Source of the DNA: Candidatus Thermosaccharophagus tengchongensis
GTDB taxonomy: Bacteria; Armatimonadota; Fervidibacteria; Fervidibacterales; Thermosaccharophagaceae
DNA length: 64,000 nucleotides
Assembly: GCA_032161105.1 (NCBI GenBank)
Contig: JAVHTD010000012.1
Reading direction: 5' to 3' (one strand)
Shown one piece after another: positions 37,844-49,048 of this stretch. The position numbers and the translations under genes are program-made. Under the pieces are notes generated by a model. The model was given only the letters and a program-made list of their open reading frames with translations. It made no database searches and was not told the DNA's origin. Every line of letters begins with the position of its first letter. Positions within the stretch are counted from its first letter, which is position 1.

Positions 37844-38875
37844 ATGCCGATGATGAGATGGCTCTCAGATGGGAAAGTGAGGTTGTTAGCGCTATGCACA
37901 TTGCTCTGGGTGTTTGCATCGGCTGCAGTCATTAAGTCATTTAGCGCGTTCTGTTATGCCCAAGGGGAAAAGAAGCCCCGTTTGCCAGAGGTGCAACTTG
38001 CTGGTATAAGGCTTGGTTCACTTGCTATTGAGCGTGATGAGGATGGTCACCTGTCACCATCTTGTTTGCTCCGTGTGTGGGGAGTGCCAGATTATGTTAT
38101 CGCTCAAGTGCCACCGATGTTTGCACCGACTGCGGCACCTGCAGCTCCAGTTCCCGGTGCAGAAGGGGCAGCTCCCGGTGCAATGCCTGGTGCAATGCCA
38201 GGCGCTATGCCGGGTATGCCTTATGCTCCCGGTGCACCTGGAATGATGGGTGGAGCGCCTGCCGGTCCAATACAACCATTTGCTGGTGGCACTACAGTGA
38301 TTCAGGCTCCGGGAGTGCTTGCGCAAACGATGCCGCCGTTGATGACAAGCGTCACTGCACCAGGCGCTGCCGGTGTTTTTGGCGGTCCGCCTGAAGGCGC
38401 AGCTATACCGGGTGCTGCTCCCGGCATACCCGGTGCACCTGGCGCTCCTGGCGCACCTGCTCCGGGTGCACCCGCAGCCCCTGCAATAGCTCCCGAGCTT
38501 TCTTGGGCGTTACCGGTTATTGTCCCACTGCGTGGCAATCAATGTTTGTGGGTATACAGGCGCGGCGACGCGACTCTCGGTTTCATCATAGACGGTGATG
38601 GAGCTGTTGTCGGAATAATCGTGGCCGGGGAGAAATTTGACGCTGCAAGGACAGCTCTTGGAAACCCGTTTAAGACGATCATGCTTGGCGATTCACTCCA
38701 ACGAGTCTTGTCGCGCTATGGCTGGCCGGACGAGATTCGTTCGGCGAGCGGAAATATGCTCAGCAGGGATGTTGAACTGCGCTACCATCGGAGCAGCAAC
38801 ATTGTCTTCACGCTTCACGATTATCGCGTCACGCGCATCTTCATCTTCATCCCGGAGCGAGCCGGATTGGATTAA
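37844..38875 (+). CDS. secreted hypothetical protein with central Pro/Gly/Ala/Met-rich low-complexity linker
   Basis: Signal-like LLALCTLLWVFASAAVI. About 150 aa of AP/GA/MPGA repeats (GAMPGAMPGAMPGMPYAPGAPG...). Folded-looking C-terminal domain. The ORF opens at 37775. Confidence 0.55.
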   Translation: MPMMRWLSDGKVRLLALCTLLWVFASAAVIKSFSAFCYAQGEKKPRLPEVQLAGIRLGSLAIERDEDGHLSPSCLLRVWGVPDYVIAQVPPMFAPTAAPAAPVPGAEGAAPGAMPGAMPGAMPGMPYAPGAPGMMGGAPAGPIQPFAGGTTVIQAPGVLAQTMPPLMTSVTAPGAAGVFGGPPEGAAIPGAAPGIPGAPGAPGAPAPGAPAAPAIAPELSWALPVIVPLRGNQCLWVYRRGDATLGFIIDGDGAVVGIIVAGEKFDAARTALGNPFKTIMLGDSLQRVLSRYGWPDEIRSASGNMLSRDVELRYHRSSNIVFTLHDYRVTRIFIFIPERAGLD

Positions 38876-38904
38876 ACTCCTCGTGCAACGGGGAGATAAG
38901 GATA

Positions 38905-40710
38905 ATGGACGTAGAGCTGATCAGAGAGGTAAGGGAGAAAAACGACATTGTTGAAGTGGTTTCGTCGTATGTGTCATTAAAGCGCGTCGGAAAAAACTAT
39001 GTAGCACTCTGCCCCTTCCATCAGGAGAAGACCCCCTCGTTCACGGTCAGCCCGGATAAGCAACTATGGCATTGCTTTGGTTGTGGGCTTGGTGGCGATG
39101 TGTTTAGTTTTGTGCAGCGCATTGAGGGCATCTCGTTTGGTGAGGCGTTGAAGAAACTCGCTGAGCGTGTCGGGATAAGAGTTGAGAGGGTGAGCAGGCA
39201 GGAGGCTTCACTTCGGGCAAGGTTGATTGAGATAAACAAGCTCGCAATGGATTTCTATGAGCGCACCTTATGGTCGGATGCGGGGAAGGTTGCGAGGGAT
39301 TACTTGAAGCGTAGGGGAGTAAGCGAAGAGATTGCAAGGCGCTTCCACTTAGGTTATGCTCCAGGGGAGTGGGAGGCGCTGGCAAGTTATCTGAGGGCTC
39401 GTTCTGTATCGCTGGAGGAAGCTGTTGGAGCTGGTTTGCTTGTTCGTGCTGAGACTGGAGATAGGTATTATGACCGCTTCCGCGACAGGCTCATGTTTCC
39501 CATCATATCGGTGAGTGGCGATGTTGTAGGGTTTGGTGGGAGAGCTTTGGGTGACAACCCCGCAAAGTATATCAACACACCTGAGACTGCGGTATTTCGG
39601 AAGCGCGACACGCTTTATGGTTTGAACTTCGCCAGGGTTGCCATTCAGCAGAGCAATGCAGCCATCGTTGTTGAGGGTTACATGGATGTGATAGCGCTGC
39701 ATCAGTTTGGTTTTCAAAATGCGGTTGCGACGATGGGGACTGCCCTGACACCGCAAATGCTCTCACAGCTGCGCAGGTATGCCCGCCGCATCCATCTCGC
39801 CTTTGATGCCGATTCAGCCGGCATGAATGCGATGCTTCGCTCATCGGCTCTCTTCCGCCAAGAGGGGGTTGAAGTGACAGTGGTGGCGATGCCGGAGGGG
39901 ATGGATCCCGATGAGTATGTGAGGCGGAAGGGAGCCGAAGCTTTTAAAGCGTTGGTTGAGAGGAGCTTGAAGATGTTAGACTACAAGATTGAGCGTTTCC
40001 TTTCATCGGACGAGGGCTCAAAGCCGACCTCTCAGGCATTGCGCCATCTTATCGCAATCCTGAGGGAGGTGGATGACCCGCTCGAGAGAGAGGGGGCAAT
40101 GCAGCGTGTGGCAAGGTTCTGGTCAAGAGGGGATGGTGAGCGGGTCATCCATTTCCTTGAAGCCATAAGGAGTGCGTGGAGGAAACACGAGGTGGCATCA
40201 TCAGCGCCGTCAGCCCGTCCCCGTGTGGACGATACGATTGAGCGCTCGTTGCTTGAGAGCTCAAGGGCACCGTTGCCAAAAGGTGTGGAGCAGGCTGAGA
40301 GGGAACTCATTTCAGCAATGCTCCAGGATGAGTTTGCGGCTCGCAGGATAATTGAGCTGTTGCCCCCGGATGAGTTCATCCTTCCATCGCACAATCAAAT
40401 TGCGCGCATTGTTGCAGCGTGCATTGAGGGTGACGAATTCCACAAGCTCCCGCAATACATATCTGAGCTGCTGGATGAACAGCTTCGTTCCGAAGCCTGC
40501 GGTCTGATGATGGCCGATTTGAGCTTTATGAGTGTTGAGGGCGCGATTGAATCGCGAGTTGAGACTATAAGGCGCTACAAGATCAAGCAGCAATCAAAGC
40601 GGATGCGCGAGCGGCTGTTGAAGATGGCGGAAAGCGGTGTCATTAACAGTTCGTCACCCGAGGTTGCGCAGTTGCTTGAGCTTGAAAGGCAGTTGCGCGG
40701 GAAACGCTGA
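38905..40710 (+). CDS. dnaG: DNA primase
   Basis: Zinc-finger region CPFHQEKTPSFTVSPDKQLWHCFGCGLGGDVFSF, Toprim VVEGYMDVIAL. 601 aa. Confidence 0.96.
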   Translation: MDVELIREVREKNDIVEVVSSYVSLKRVGKNYVALCPFHQEKTPSFTVSPDKQLWHCFGCGLGGDVFSFVQRIEGISFGEALKKLAERVGIRVERVSRQEASLRARLIEINKLAMDFYERTLWSDAGKVARDYLKRRGVSEEIARRFHLGYAPGEWEALASYLRARSVSLEEAVGAGLLVRAETGDRYYDRFRDRLMFPIISVSGDVVGFGGRALGDNPAKYINTPETAVFRKRDTLYGLNFARVAIQQSNAAIVVEGYMDVIALHQFGFQNAVATMGTALTPQMLSQLRRYARRIHLAFDADSAGMNAMLRSSALFRQEGVEVTVVAMPEGMDPDEYVRRKGAEAFKALVERSLKMLDYKIERFLSSDEGSKPTSQALRHLIAILREVDDPLEREGAMQRVARFWSRGDGERVIHFLEAIRSAWRKHEVASSAPSARPRVDDTIERSLLESSRAPLPKGVEQAERELISAMLQDEFAARRIIELLPPDEFILPSHNQIARIVAACIEGDEFHKLPQYISELLDEQLRSEACGLMMADLSFMSVEGAIESRVETIRRYKIKQQSKRMRERLLKMAESGVINSSSPEVAQLLELERQLRGKR

Positions 40711-40825
40711 TGATAAATGAACAGCTCACAAAACCTTGAAGCCCGGATAAAAGGTCTACACATTGATTTGACAAGGTGCACAAGGAAGCCCTTCTCGCTC
40801 CTCTTGGGGCAAAGGGGTGAGCTGC

Positions 40826-41809
40826 ATGGATTGGGACGAGCAAGTTGAGAAGCATCGCGAACTTGATGAACATCCGGGGGAGCTTCTTGATGGCGACGGG
40901 GCTGCGCTCGGCGATGTTGCATGTGATGACGATATGGAGTTTCAAGATGGCGAAGGCATTATGGATGCTGACGAGGCTGTGAGTGACCCGTTGGAGGCAT
41001 ACATGCGCGTTGTTTCGCAAACACCTCTTCTGACTCCTGAGGAGGAAGTGGAGTTATCAAAGCGCTTGAGCAAGGGCGACTTGGAAGCGCGCCAAAAGAT
41101 GGTGGAAGCCAACCTGCGTTTGGTAGTCCACATAGCGAAGCAATTTGCCTCTCAAACTTCGCTCCCGCTTGCGGACATAATCCAAGAGGGTAACTTGGGA
41201 TTGATGCGAGCAGTTGATAAGTTTGATTGGAGGCGTGGATACCGATTTGCAACATATGCCACTTGGTGGATAAGGCAGTCCATTAAGCGCGCCATAGCGG
41301 AACAAAGTAGGAGCGTCAAGTTGCCATTGAGCATCATCAACTTAGTCAGCAGGATAACGGCTGTGGCTCGCAGGTTGACGCAGAAGTTGGGGCGTCAGCC
41401 AACAATTGAAGAGTTGGCTGAGGCGTGTAGGATCCCGAGCAAGAGGCTTATGGATGTGATGTGCTTGATTCTGCGACCACTCTCACTTGACACGCAAGTT
41501 GAAGATAACGCCGAGATGACATTGGGCGAGTTGATAAGCGATGATGCACCTTCACCTGAGGAAGTGGCATATCAAAATGCCATGAGGGAGCACCTTAGGG
41601 ATTTGCTCTCCATACTCAGCGAGCGGGAAAGGGACATCCTCAGCCTGCGCTACGGTCTTCTTGACGGCAAGGAGAGGTCGTTGGGCGAGGTTAGCAGAGT
41701 GCTCAAGATGTCAAGGGAAGCGGTGCGTCAGACGGAGCGAAAAATATTTGAGAAGCTGAGGAGCTCACTGCTGAGCAAATACCTTCGCGACTACTTGGAG
41801 GCATCTTGA
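40826..41809 (+). CDS. rpoD: RNA polymerase primary sigma factor (sigma-70 family)
   Basis: Acidic N-terminus, region 2 EGNLGLMRAVDKFDWRRGYRFATYATWWIRQSIKRAI, region 4 LSEREREILSLRYGL-type motif. dnaG-rpoD order. The ORF opens at GTG 40817. Confidence 0.93.
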   Translation: MDWDEQVEKHRELDEHPGELLDGDGAALGDVACDDDMEFQDGEGIMDADEAVSDPLEAYMRVVSQTPLLTPEEEVELSKRLSKGDLEARQKMVEANLRLVVHIAKQFASQTSLPLADIIQEGNLGLMRAVDKFDWRRGYRFATYATWWIRQSIKRAIAEQSRSVKLPLSIINLVSRITAVARRLTQKLGRQPTIEELAEACRIPSKRLMDVMCLILRPLSLDTQVEDNAEMTLGELISDDAPSPEEVAYQNAMREHLRDLLSILSERERDILSLRYGLLDGKERSLGEVSRVLKMSREAVRQTERKIFEKLRSSLLSKYLRDYLEAS

Positions 41810-41829
41810 TGAGGTTGAACGGGTGTGAG

Positions 41830-41870
41830 GGGAGGGGTGCTGTAACCCGAAGCTATAACGCACCCCTCCC
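41830..41870. terminator. 11-bp GC-rich hairpin between convergent rpoD and groEL (bidirectional terminator candidate)
   Basis: GGGAGGGGTGC (41830-41840), a 19-nt loop, then GCACCCCTCCC (41860-41870). No obvious U-tract. Confidence 0.5.
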
Positions 41871-41885
41871 GGTGCGGTGTCTCAG

Positions 41886-43520
<1,635 letters not shown>

Positions 43521-43575
43521 TTAGGATCACCTCCGAGCGATTGTGTTGTTCATCTGAGCCTTTGTTTGGTGTTTT

Positions 43576-43869
43576 TCATTCTCCCTCTTTGATGGCGAGG
43601 ATGGAGTCTTCGTCAACGATGATGTAATCCTCGCCACCGATCCGTATTTCGGTGCCAGCATATTTTGAGAAGATAACGACATCGTTGACTTTGACGCCCA
43701 CAGGGCGGCGTTCACCGTTGTCAAGCAGCTTCCCCTCACCGACGGCTACAACTATGCCCTCCTGCGGCTTCTCCTTAGCGGTATCCGGAAGGATAATTCC
43801 TCCCGCCGTCTTCTCCTCCTGCTCAAGCGGCTTGATCAGGACTTTATCACCAAGCGGACGCACCTTCAT
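43576..43869 (-). CDS. groES: co-chaperonin GroES (10 kDa)
   Basis: [29 protein letters not shown]. The ATG at 43869 is preceded by GGGGTG. The ORF opens further upstream at 43947. Confidence 0.95.
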   Translation of the reverse strand: MKVRPLGDKVLIKPLEQEEKTAGGIILPDTAKEKPQEGIVVAVGEGKLLDNGERRPVGVKVNDVVIFSKYAGTEIRIGGEDYIIVDEDSILAIKEGE

Positions 43870-43962
43870 CGCCCACACCCCGCTTCCCTGGATTTCCCGC
43901 AAGGCTATCCTCCCACCACATGGAGGTTGTGATTTTAGAGAGCGCATCTCCCACTGACGGTA

Positions 43963-43989
43963 TTAGCACTCGAAGGGAAGGAGTGCTAA
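43963..43989 (-). promoter_or_regulatory. CIRCE operator (HrcA binding site) upstream of groES-groEL
   Basis: Perfect consensus TTAGCACTC-N9-GAGTGCTAA at 43963-43989. A perfect TATAAT -10 box on the minus strand at 44007-44002 lies 12 nt upstream. Confidence 0.9.
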
Positions 43990-44040
43990 TACCACTTCAT
44001 CATTATAACGCGCTCCCGATGGCGAAATGCGGATTTCAAA

Positions 44041-44355
44041 TCATCCCCGCATCGGACACATGCACGGTGAGCTGCCGCATTTCGGACAACCGTTGAGATA
44101 GCGCTTGGCGGCTTTTTCCATATCCACATTTACCAAGGTTGCCAAGCTCACAAGCCATGCAAGCACATCTGCAAATTCCTCCTCCAACTCCATCAGCTCA
44201 CCACGCTTTATCGCCCGCGCTAACTCTCCAACCTCTTCAACGAACCAGAGGAATGTTCCCTCAACCCCCCTTTGTCTATCCCTCGCAACATATGCATCCG
44301 CTATAAGCCTCTGGAACTCGCCTATGCTCAATTCCTCTTTGTCCTCCTTCCGCAT
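44041..44355 (-). CDS. MazG-like nucleotide pyrophosphohydrolase domain protein with C-terminal Cys-rich tail
   Basis: FVEEVGELARAIK and EEFADVLAWLVSLA are the paired MazG EExxE/D helices. C-terminal CPKCGSSPCMCP. Confidence 0.75.
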   Translation of the reverse strand: MRKEDKEELSIGEFQRLIADAYVARDRQRGVEGTFLWFVEEVGELARAIKRGELMELEEEFADVLAWLVSLATLVNVDMEKAAKRYLNGCPKCGSSPCMCPMRG

Positions 44356-44819
44356 CCCCTTTGACCCCCTTGGAACGCCTTTGCGAGCTCCTCAGAGCGC
44401 CTCTTTATCGCGGCGACTTCGCTTCTCATCCTCGCTTCAGCTTCACCGCTTTGCAGCATTAGCATCCCAAACATCTTCACCATCCCTGTGGCACGAATGA
44501 TTGCGCCGTGCCTGAGCAATGTCCCATCACCCTGCGGTTCAAGTTCAAACCAACCGATGGCTGATTTGAACGGACCCGAAAGCTGTTTAACCTCCATGTA
44601 TGATGGCGGTTCAAATGTAAACTTTGACCGAACCCACTTCAGGAAGCCAAACATGTCCTCAAGTATGTCAGCAATGAGCTCATTGCCATCGTCTGAGCGC
44701 TGCACAACATGCAGCTCCTTCACATATGCAAACATGTTCGGGTAGTTCTCCACATCCCTGAGCACACCGAAGACAACCTCAATTGGCGCCTCAATGAATG
44801 TGCTCACAATCAGTTCCAT
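44328..44819 (-). CDS. SRPBCC (START/polyketide cyclase-like) superfamily protein
   Basis: N-terminus IVSTFIEAPIEVVFGVLRDVENYPNMF is typical of SRPBCC proteins. The 3' end overlaps the MazG-like gene by 28 nt. Confidence 0.6.
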   Translation of the reverse strand: MELIVSTFIEAPIEVVFGVLRDVENYPNMFAYVKELHVVQRSDDGNELIADILEDMFGFLKWVRSKFTFEPPSYMEVKQLSGPFKSAIGWFELEPQGDGTLLRHGAIIRATGMVKMFGMLMLQSGEAEARMRSEVAAIKRRSEELAKAFQGGQRGCGRRTKRN

Positions 44820-45009
44820 GAGATCCTACTCCCCACCTTCAAGGGATATGTTCAGTTGCATTAAGTGCCATGAGCGATGAGCACAATAGCACATCACCTT
44901 CCACGCAAACTGCAGGGCGATATTCCTTTGCGTCAAACCGGAGAGAGTGCTTCCTCTAACGCCCGTCTTTCACTGCTCAATTTGCCAACCTCAGTAGTTG
45001 CTACGCGTG

Positions 45010-45792
45010 CTAAATTCGCCCCGCCTCTTTGTCCCAAGCTATCAGTATGCGCAGACCTGCAATTGCGACTTTGATGAGGGTGCTCACATCCTCAATGATC
45101 TTGAACTCGCCCGTCCGTTTTGAATGCTCAACATTGGCAGCTGCAAGGAGCACACATCCAGCCCTCGCACCGAGAATGGACGAGACGATAAACAGAGCTG
45201 CTGCTTCCATCTCCGATGCAACGGCACCGCCTTTCACCCACGCTTCCCAGCGCTTCATCAACCTCTCATGAACTGGCATGCGCTCTGGCTCAACCTCACC
45301 ATAGAATGAGTCCTTGGAGTGGACTATGCCAACATGGTAGTGCACACCACACCTCTTTGCACCCTCAATCAAAGCCTGTGTTACAGTTATGTCCGCCACT
45401 GCCGGAAACTCAATTGGCATGTAATGCAATGTTGTGCCCTCGTCTCTTATCGCTGCAGTGCCGATGATTATATCGCCGGGCGCAATATGTTCTTGCATGG
45501 CGCCGGAAGTCCCAACTCGTATGAAGGTATCGCACCCGAGCGCCCTTAGCTCCTCAACAGCTATAGCGGTTGATGGACAACCTATCCCAGTTGAGGTGAC
45601 TGAGACGGTGACGCCGTCAAGCTTTCCCGTGAAGGTCACATATTCGCGGTGCTCCGCAACTTTGATAGCGTCATCAAAGTGAGAGGCGATAAGCTCGCAC
45701 CTTCCCGGATCGCCCGGCATCAGGACATACCTTCCCACTTCGCCACTGCGGCAGCGCACATGATAAACTCTATCGCCAACGAAAACAGCCAT
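45010..45792 (-). CDS. nucleoside phosphorylase, PNP/UDP family 1 (uridine phosphorylase-like)
   Basis: YVLMPGDPGR, VSVTSTGIGCPSTAIAVEEL, FIRVGTSGA, EMEAAALF. Confidence 0.8.
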   Translation of the reverse strand: MAVFVGDRVYHVRCRSGEVGRYVLMPGDPGRCELIASHFDDAIKVAEHREYVTFTGKLDGVTVSVTSTGIGCPSTAIAVEELRALGCDTFIRVGTSGAMQEHIAPGDIIIGTAAIRDEGTTLHYMPIEFPAVADITVTQALIEGAKRCGVHYHVGIVHSKDSFYGEVEPERMPVHERLMKRWEAWVKGGAVASEMEAAALFIVSSILGARAGCVLLAAANVEHSKRTGEFKIIEDVSTLIKVAIAGLRILIAWDKEAGRI

Positions 45793-45845
45793 AACTTTTC
45801 GCCTCGCATCAATCCCAGCTCAGCAGGATGCACTTTTGCGATGAT

Positions 45846-46781
45846 TCATGTGGAGTGGAGCTTTGAATGTTTTCCTCTGAGCATCGGGAAGGCATGTAAC
45901 AACCAAGGGAGTAGAGCATCAAGGGATTCATTCACAGCCCTCTCACTTCCGGGGAGATTGACGATGATGGTAGAACCCCTCACACCAACTTTTGCGCGAG
46001 AGAGAGCAGCAAGCGGGGTCCTTTCTCCGCCATATGAGCGCATCGCCTCTGCAACTCCTTCAAGCTCCCTCTCAATCACCCTTGCAGTTGCCTCGGGCGT
46101 TTTATCCCTTGGACCTATTCCCGTGCCGCCAGTCGTGAAAACGATGTCAAGCTCCTCGTGGTCACACAGGCGAATTAGCTCACTGACTATGCGCTCTTCG
46201 TCATCCGGGAGCACCGAATAGTGCACAACATTTATCCCCAGCTCCGAGAGCCTGTTCACGATGGCTATGCCTGATGCATCCGTCCTCCTCCCGCAATATA
46301 CGCTGTCCGAAATGACTATGACGCCAGAGCGCAGTTCTCCTTCCGGCTGTTCGGTGAACTCGCTCATCCCACCACGCTTGCTGAGCAACCTAACTGAGCA
46401 AATCTCAACATCGGATTCAACTGACTTGAGCATATCGTAGAGTGTGAGAGCTGCGACAGATGCAGCCACCATTGCCTCCATTTCAACGCCAGTTCGGTCT
46501 ATGGCAGAGGCGGTTGCAACCACTCTTATTCCGTTTCCATCACCGGTTGGCTCAAGCGAGACATCAATGTGCGTGAGCCTCACCTGATGGCAGTATGGTA
46601 TGAGCATGCTCGTCATCTTCGTCGCCTGATTGGCGCTCTCCTTGGCGACCGTGATAGCCTCCCCTTTCGGGAGCTTGCCGGAGATTGCCATCTCAACGGC
46701 TTTCTTTGGCGCTTTCACAATTGCCTCAGCAGTTGAGGTGCGAAGCGTTTTGATCTTCCTTGAGATGTCAACCATGCCCAT
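45846..46781 (-). CDS. moaC: bifunctional molybdenum cofactor biosynthesis protein MoaC / MoaB(MogA)-like
   Basis: N-terminal MoaC domain (IDRTGVEMEAMVAASVAALTLYDM) fused to a MoaB/MogA domain (FTTGGTGIGPRDKTPEA). Confidence 0.85.
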   Translation of the reverse strand: MGMVDISRKIKTLRTSTAEAIVKAPKKAVEMAISGKLPKGEAITVAKESANQATKMTSMLIPYCHQVRLTHIDVSLEPTGDGNGIRVVATASAIDRTGVEMEAMVAASVAALTLYDMLKSVESDVEICSVRLLSKRGGMSEFTEQPEGELRSGVIVISDSVYCGRRTDASGIAIVNRLSELGINVVHYSVLPDDEERIVSELIRLCDHEELDIVFTTGGTGIGPRDKTPEATARVIERELEGVAEAMRSYGGERTPLAALSRAKVGVRGSTIIVNLPGSERAVNESLDALLPWLLHAFPMLRGKHSKLHST

Positions 46782-46866
46782 TTCTCATCACCGTCACAGA
46801 TCAGCACCGATGCAATCAATTTCATCGTTATGCAGCGGGGTGACTTCGCCCGTTAAATTGAATGGA

Positions 46867-47262
46867 TCAAGCCGAAGTCGCTTGGCAACCCTCTGGTGGT
46901 CCGATAAGTTCCCTAACTTTGGAGCGCAGCACCTTTGGACTTATCGGTTTTGTCAAATACATCTCAACACCAAGCTCAGCGCTGACTCGCCTCCCCAATG
47001 TTGTATCAACAGCCGTCAATATGATGATGGGCACACTCCTCATCGGTTCTTCAAGTTGCCTTATAAGTCGGCAGGCTTGCAATCCATCCATTACAGGCAT
47101 GCGCACATCTAAAATGACCAAATCCGGCTTTTCGCCCATGACTAAGTCAACTGCTTCCTTACCGTTCTCTGCCTCAATTACCTCATAGCCCTCGCTCTGC
47201 AGCATTTGCTTTATGACCTGACGCACCACTGGCTCATCATCCGCCACAACTATCTTCTTCAC
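46867..47262 (-). CDS. stand-alone response regulator receiver (CheY-like)
   Basis: KKIVVADDEPVVR, phospho-acceptor context DLVILDVRMPVMDG, IIILTA, YLTKP. 131 aa, no output domain. Confidence 0.9.
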   Translation of the reverse strand: MKKIVVADDEPVVRQVIKQMLQSEGYEVIEAENGKEAVDLVMGEKPDLVILDVRMPVMDGLQACRLIRQLEEPMRSVPIIILTAVDTTLGRRVSAELGVEMYLTKPISPKVLRSKVRELIGPPEGCQATSA

Positions 47263-47440
47263 TTGCTCACACCTCGCAGTTGTTCGCTTTGCTATGGTTC
47301 GGAGAGTTATATGCTATTTTGCAGCGTTAAATTGGTCCTATCCGCTTAGGGCTACCTTATGGGGTAAGTTTGCCTCAATCTCCACTGTTAAGCGCCATAG
47401 CGTAAATGCATTCCGATTTCGGTGCCTGCGAAGGCGCTCA

Positions 47441-49006
47441 TCAGCTTTTGCTCCCTTTTGAGCGCATCATGTAAACGAATGCCCTTGCGAGTTCCGGATC
47501 AAGCTGTGTCCCAGCCACATGCAGGATAACTTCAAGCGCTGTCTCAATGCTCATTGCCCTCCTGTATGCCCTGTCGGATGTAATGGCGTCAAATACATCC
47601 ACAACCGAAATGATGCGAGCCATCAACGGTATCTCTTCGCCCTTAAGTCCATCAGGGTAACCCTTGCCATCCCAACGCTCGTGGTGATGGCGCACCGGCG
47701 TTCGTATATCCCATGGGAATGGGACAGGCTCAATGATGAGCGAGCTGATTACCGGGTGCACCTTTATCCGCTCATATTCCTCTTCCGACAGCCTGCCCGG
47801 CTTGAGCAGGATGTAGTCTGGTATGCCTATCTTGCCGACATCGTGTAGGAGACCAGCCATTTGGATTGCCTCGGTGTCAGCGCTCCCCAATTCAAGCACC
47901 TTGCTAAACTGCATAGCATACTCGGAGACCTTTTCCGAGTGCCCTTTCGTGTATGGATCTCGTGCCTCTATCGCTTGGACGAGAGCCATTATAGCCCCCA
48001 GGTAGCTCCTTCGCACTTGGTCATGTAGTTTTGCATTCGCTATTGCTGCTGCCGCTTGTGCGCACAACACGGAGAGCATCCCAAGCTCACTCTCTCCAAA
48101 TACGGTGCTACCTTCAACGCTGTTGACATTCAAAACCCCAACGAGTTTGCCCTCGAATATCATCGGGAAGGAAATGGACGAAATTATCTCCTTGCGCTTA
48201 AGCATTGATAGCACCTGTGGCTCCGGTTTCACATTCGGAGAGATGATAATTGGCTTTTGTTGCCTTGCAACCAATCCGGCAATGCCTTCGTTCACTGACT
48301 GCCTCCTTCCAATCAGTTCCTTTGACAGACCATGCACGGCAGCGATGACCAATTCGCCGCTTGCCTCATCATACAACATTACAGAACCGCTGCTGGCATG
48401 CAATTCGTTCACAACGAGTTCAAGGGTGAGTGAGAGAAGTTCTTCTAAGTCAAGCGTTGATGTTATCGCTTGGCTGAGACGATACGCCGATAACAACGAT
48501 TGCAGTTTGCTCACATCCTCGCGCAACTCCGACCTTTCAAGCGCTTTGGTGACTACCGCGTAAAATTCCTCCGGGGAGAATTCGCCATAGACCAACCCAT
48601 CACACCCAGCTTGAAGCGCCTTGTTCAAGAGATCATGTGAAGCCTGCTTTATCATGAGGATGCATGTCACAAATGGGTTGCGCTCCTTAGCCATTTGAAA
48701 CAGTTCTAACGGGGCGTCGCTTGATAGCACATTTCCTACGATGAGGAGTTTGGGCTTTTGAGTCTCCAACTGGTCTCTTGCCTCCCCATAAGTTACGCAT
48801 CTGCATATGCAAAAGCCGAGTCCAGAAAGCACCCACTCGCATGCCTGCGCAATTCCATCCTCACTCTCAACTATGATCGCCAGTTGACGCTGGTGTGCCT
48901 TATCTGTTTCCTTCATGCACGCCTGTGCGCCCTTCACGATGCGAGTGGATGCCATTTTGCAGCTCTCCCTTGCATTTGCTTTCATACACCATTGAGCATA
49001 TACCAC
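47441..49006 (-). CDS. degenerate receiver + GAF + HD-GYP domain protein (putative c-di-GMP phosphodiesterase)
   Basis: HD-GYP motifs GLLHDVGKIGIP and HHERWDGKGYPDGL. Central GAF-like region. The N-terminal REC-like domain has LLIVGN where the acceptor Asp is expected. The start is uncertain. Confidence 0.85.
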   Translation of the reverse strand: MVYAQWCMKANARESCKMASTRIVKGAQACMKETDKAHQRQLAIIVESEDGIAQACEWVLSGLGFCICRCVTYGEARDQLETQKPKLLIVGNVLSSDAPLELFQMAKERNPFVTCILMIKQASHDLLNKALQAGCDGLVYGEFSPEEFYAVVTKALERSELREDVSKLQSLLSAYRLSQAITSTLDLEELLSLTLELVVNELHASSGSVMLYDEASGELVIAAVHGLSKELIGRRQSVNEGIAGLVARQQKPIIISPNVKPEPQVLSMLKRKEIISSISFPMIFEGKLVGVLNVNSVEGSTVFGESELGMLSVLCAQAAAAIANAKLHDQVRRSYLGAIMALVQAIEARDPYTKGHSEKVSEYAMQFSKVLELGSADTEAIQMAGLLHDVGKIGIPDYILLKPGRLSEEEYERIKVHPVISSLIIEPVPFPWDIRTPVRHHHERWDGKGYPDGLKGEEIPLMARIISVVDVFDAITSDRAYRRAMSIETALEVILHVAGTQLDPELARAFVYMMRSKGSKS

Positions 49007-49048
49007 ATAGCGCCGGCAACCTTAAGACCAAAGCAAGTCAACAAGGAT

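Noticed and set aside
38013-38538. Cluster of overlapping 77-110-aa ORFs in all frames
   Set aside because: They are shadows of the GC-rich Pro/Gly/Ala repeat region of the 37844-38875 gene.
45649-46221. 190-aa plus-strand ORF bridging the nucleoside phosphorylase and moaC genes
   Set aside because: It is antisense to two motif-supported genes and has low-complexity Ser-rich composition.
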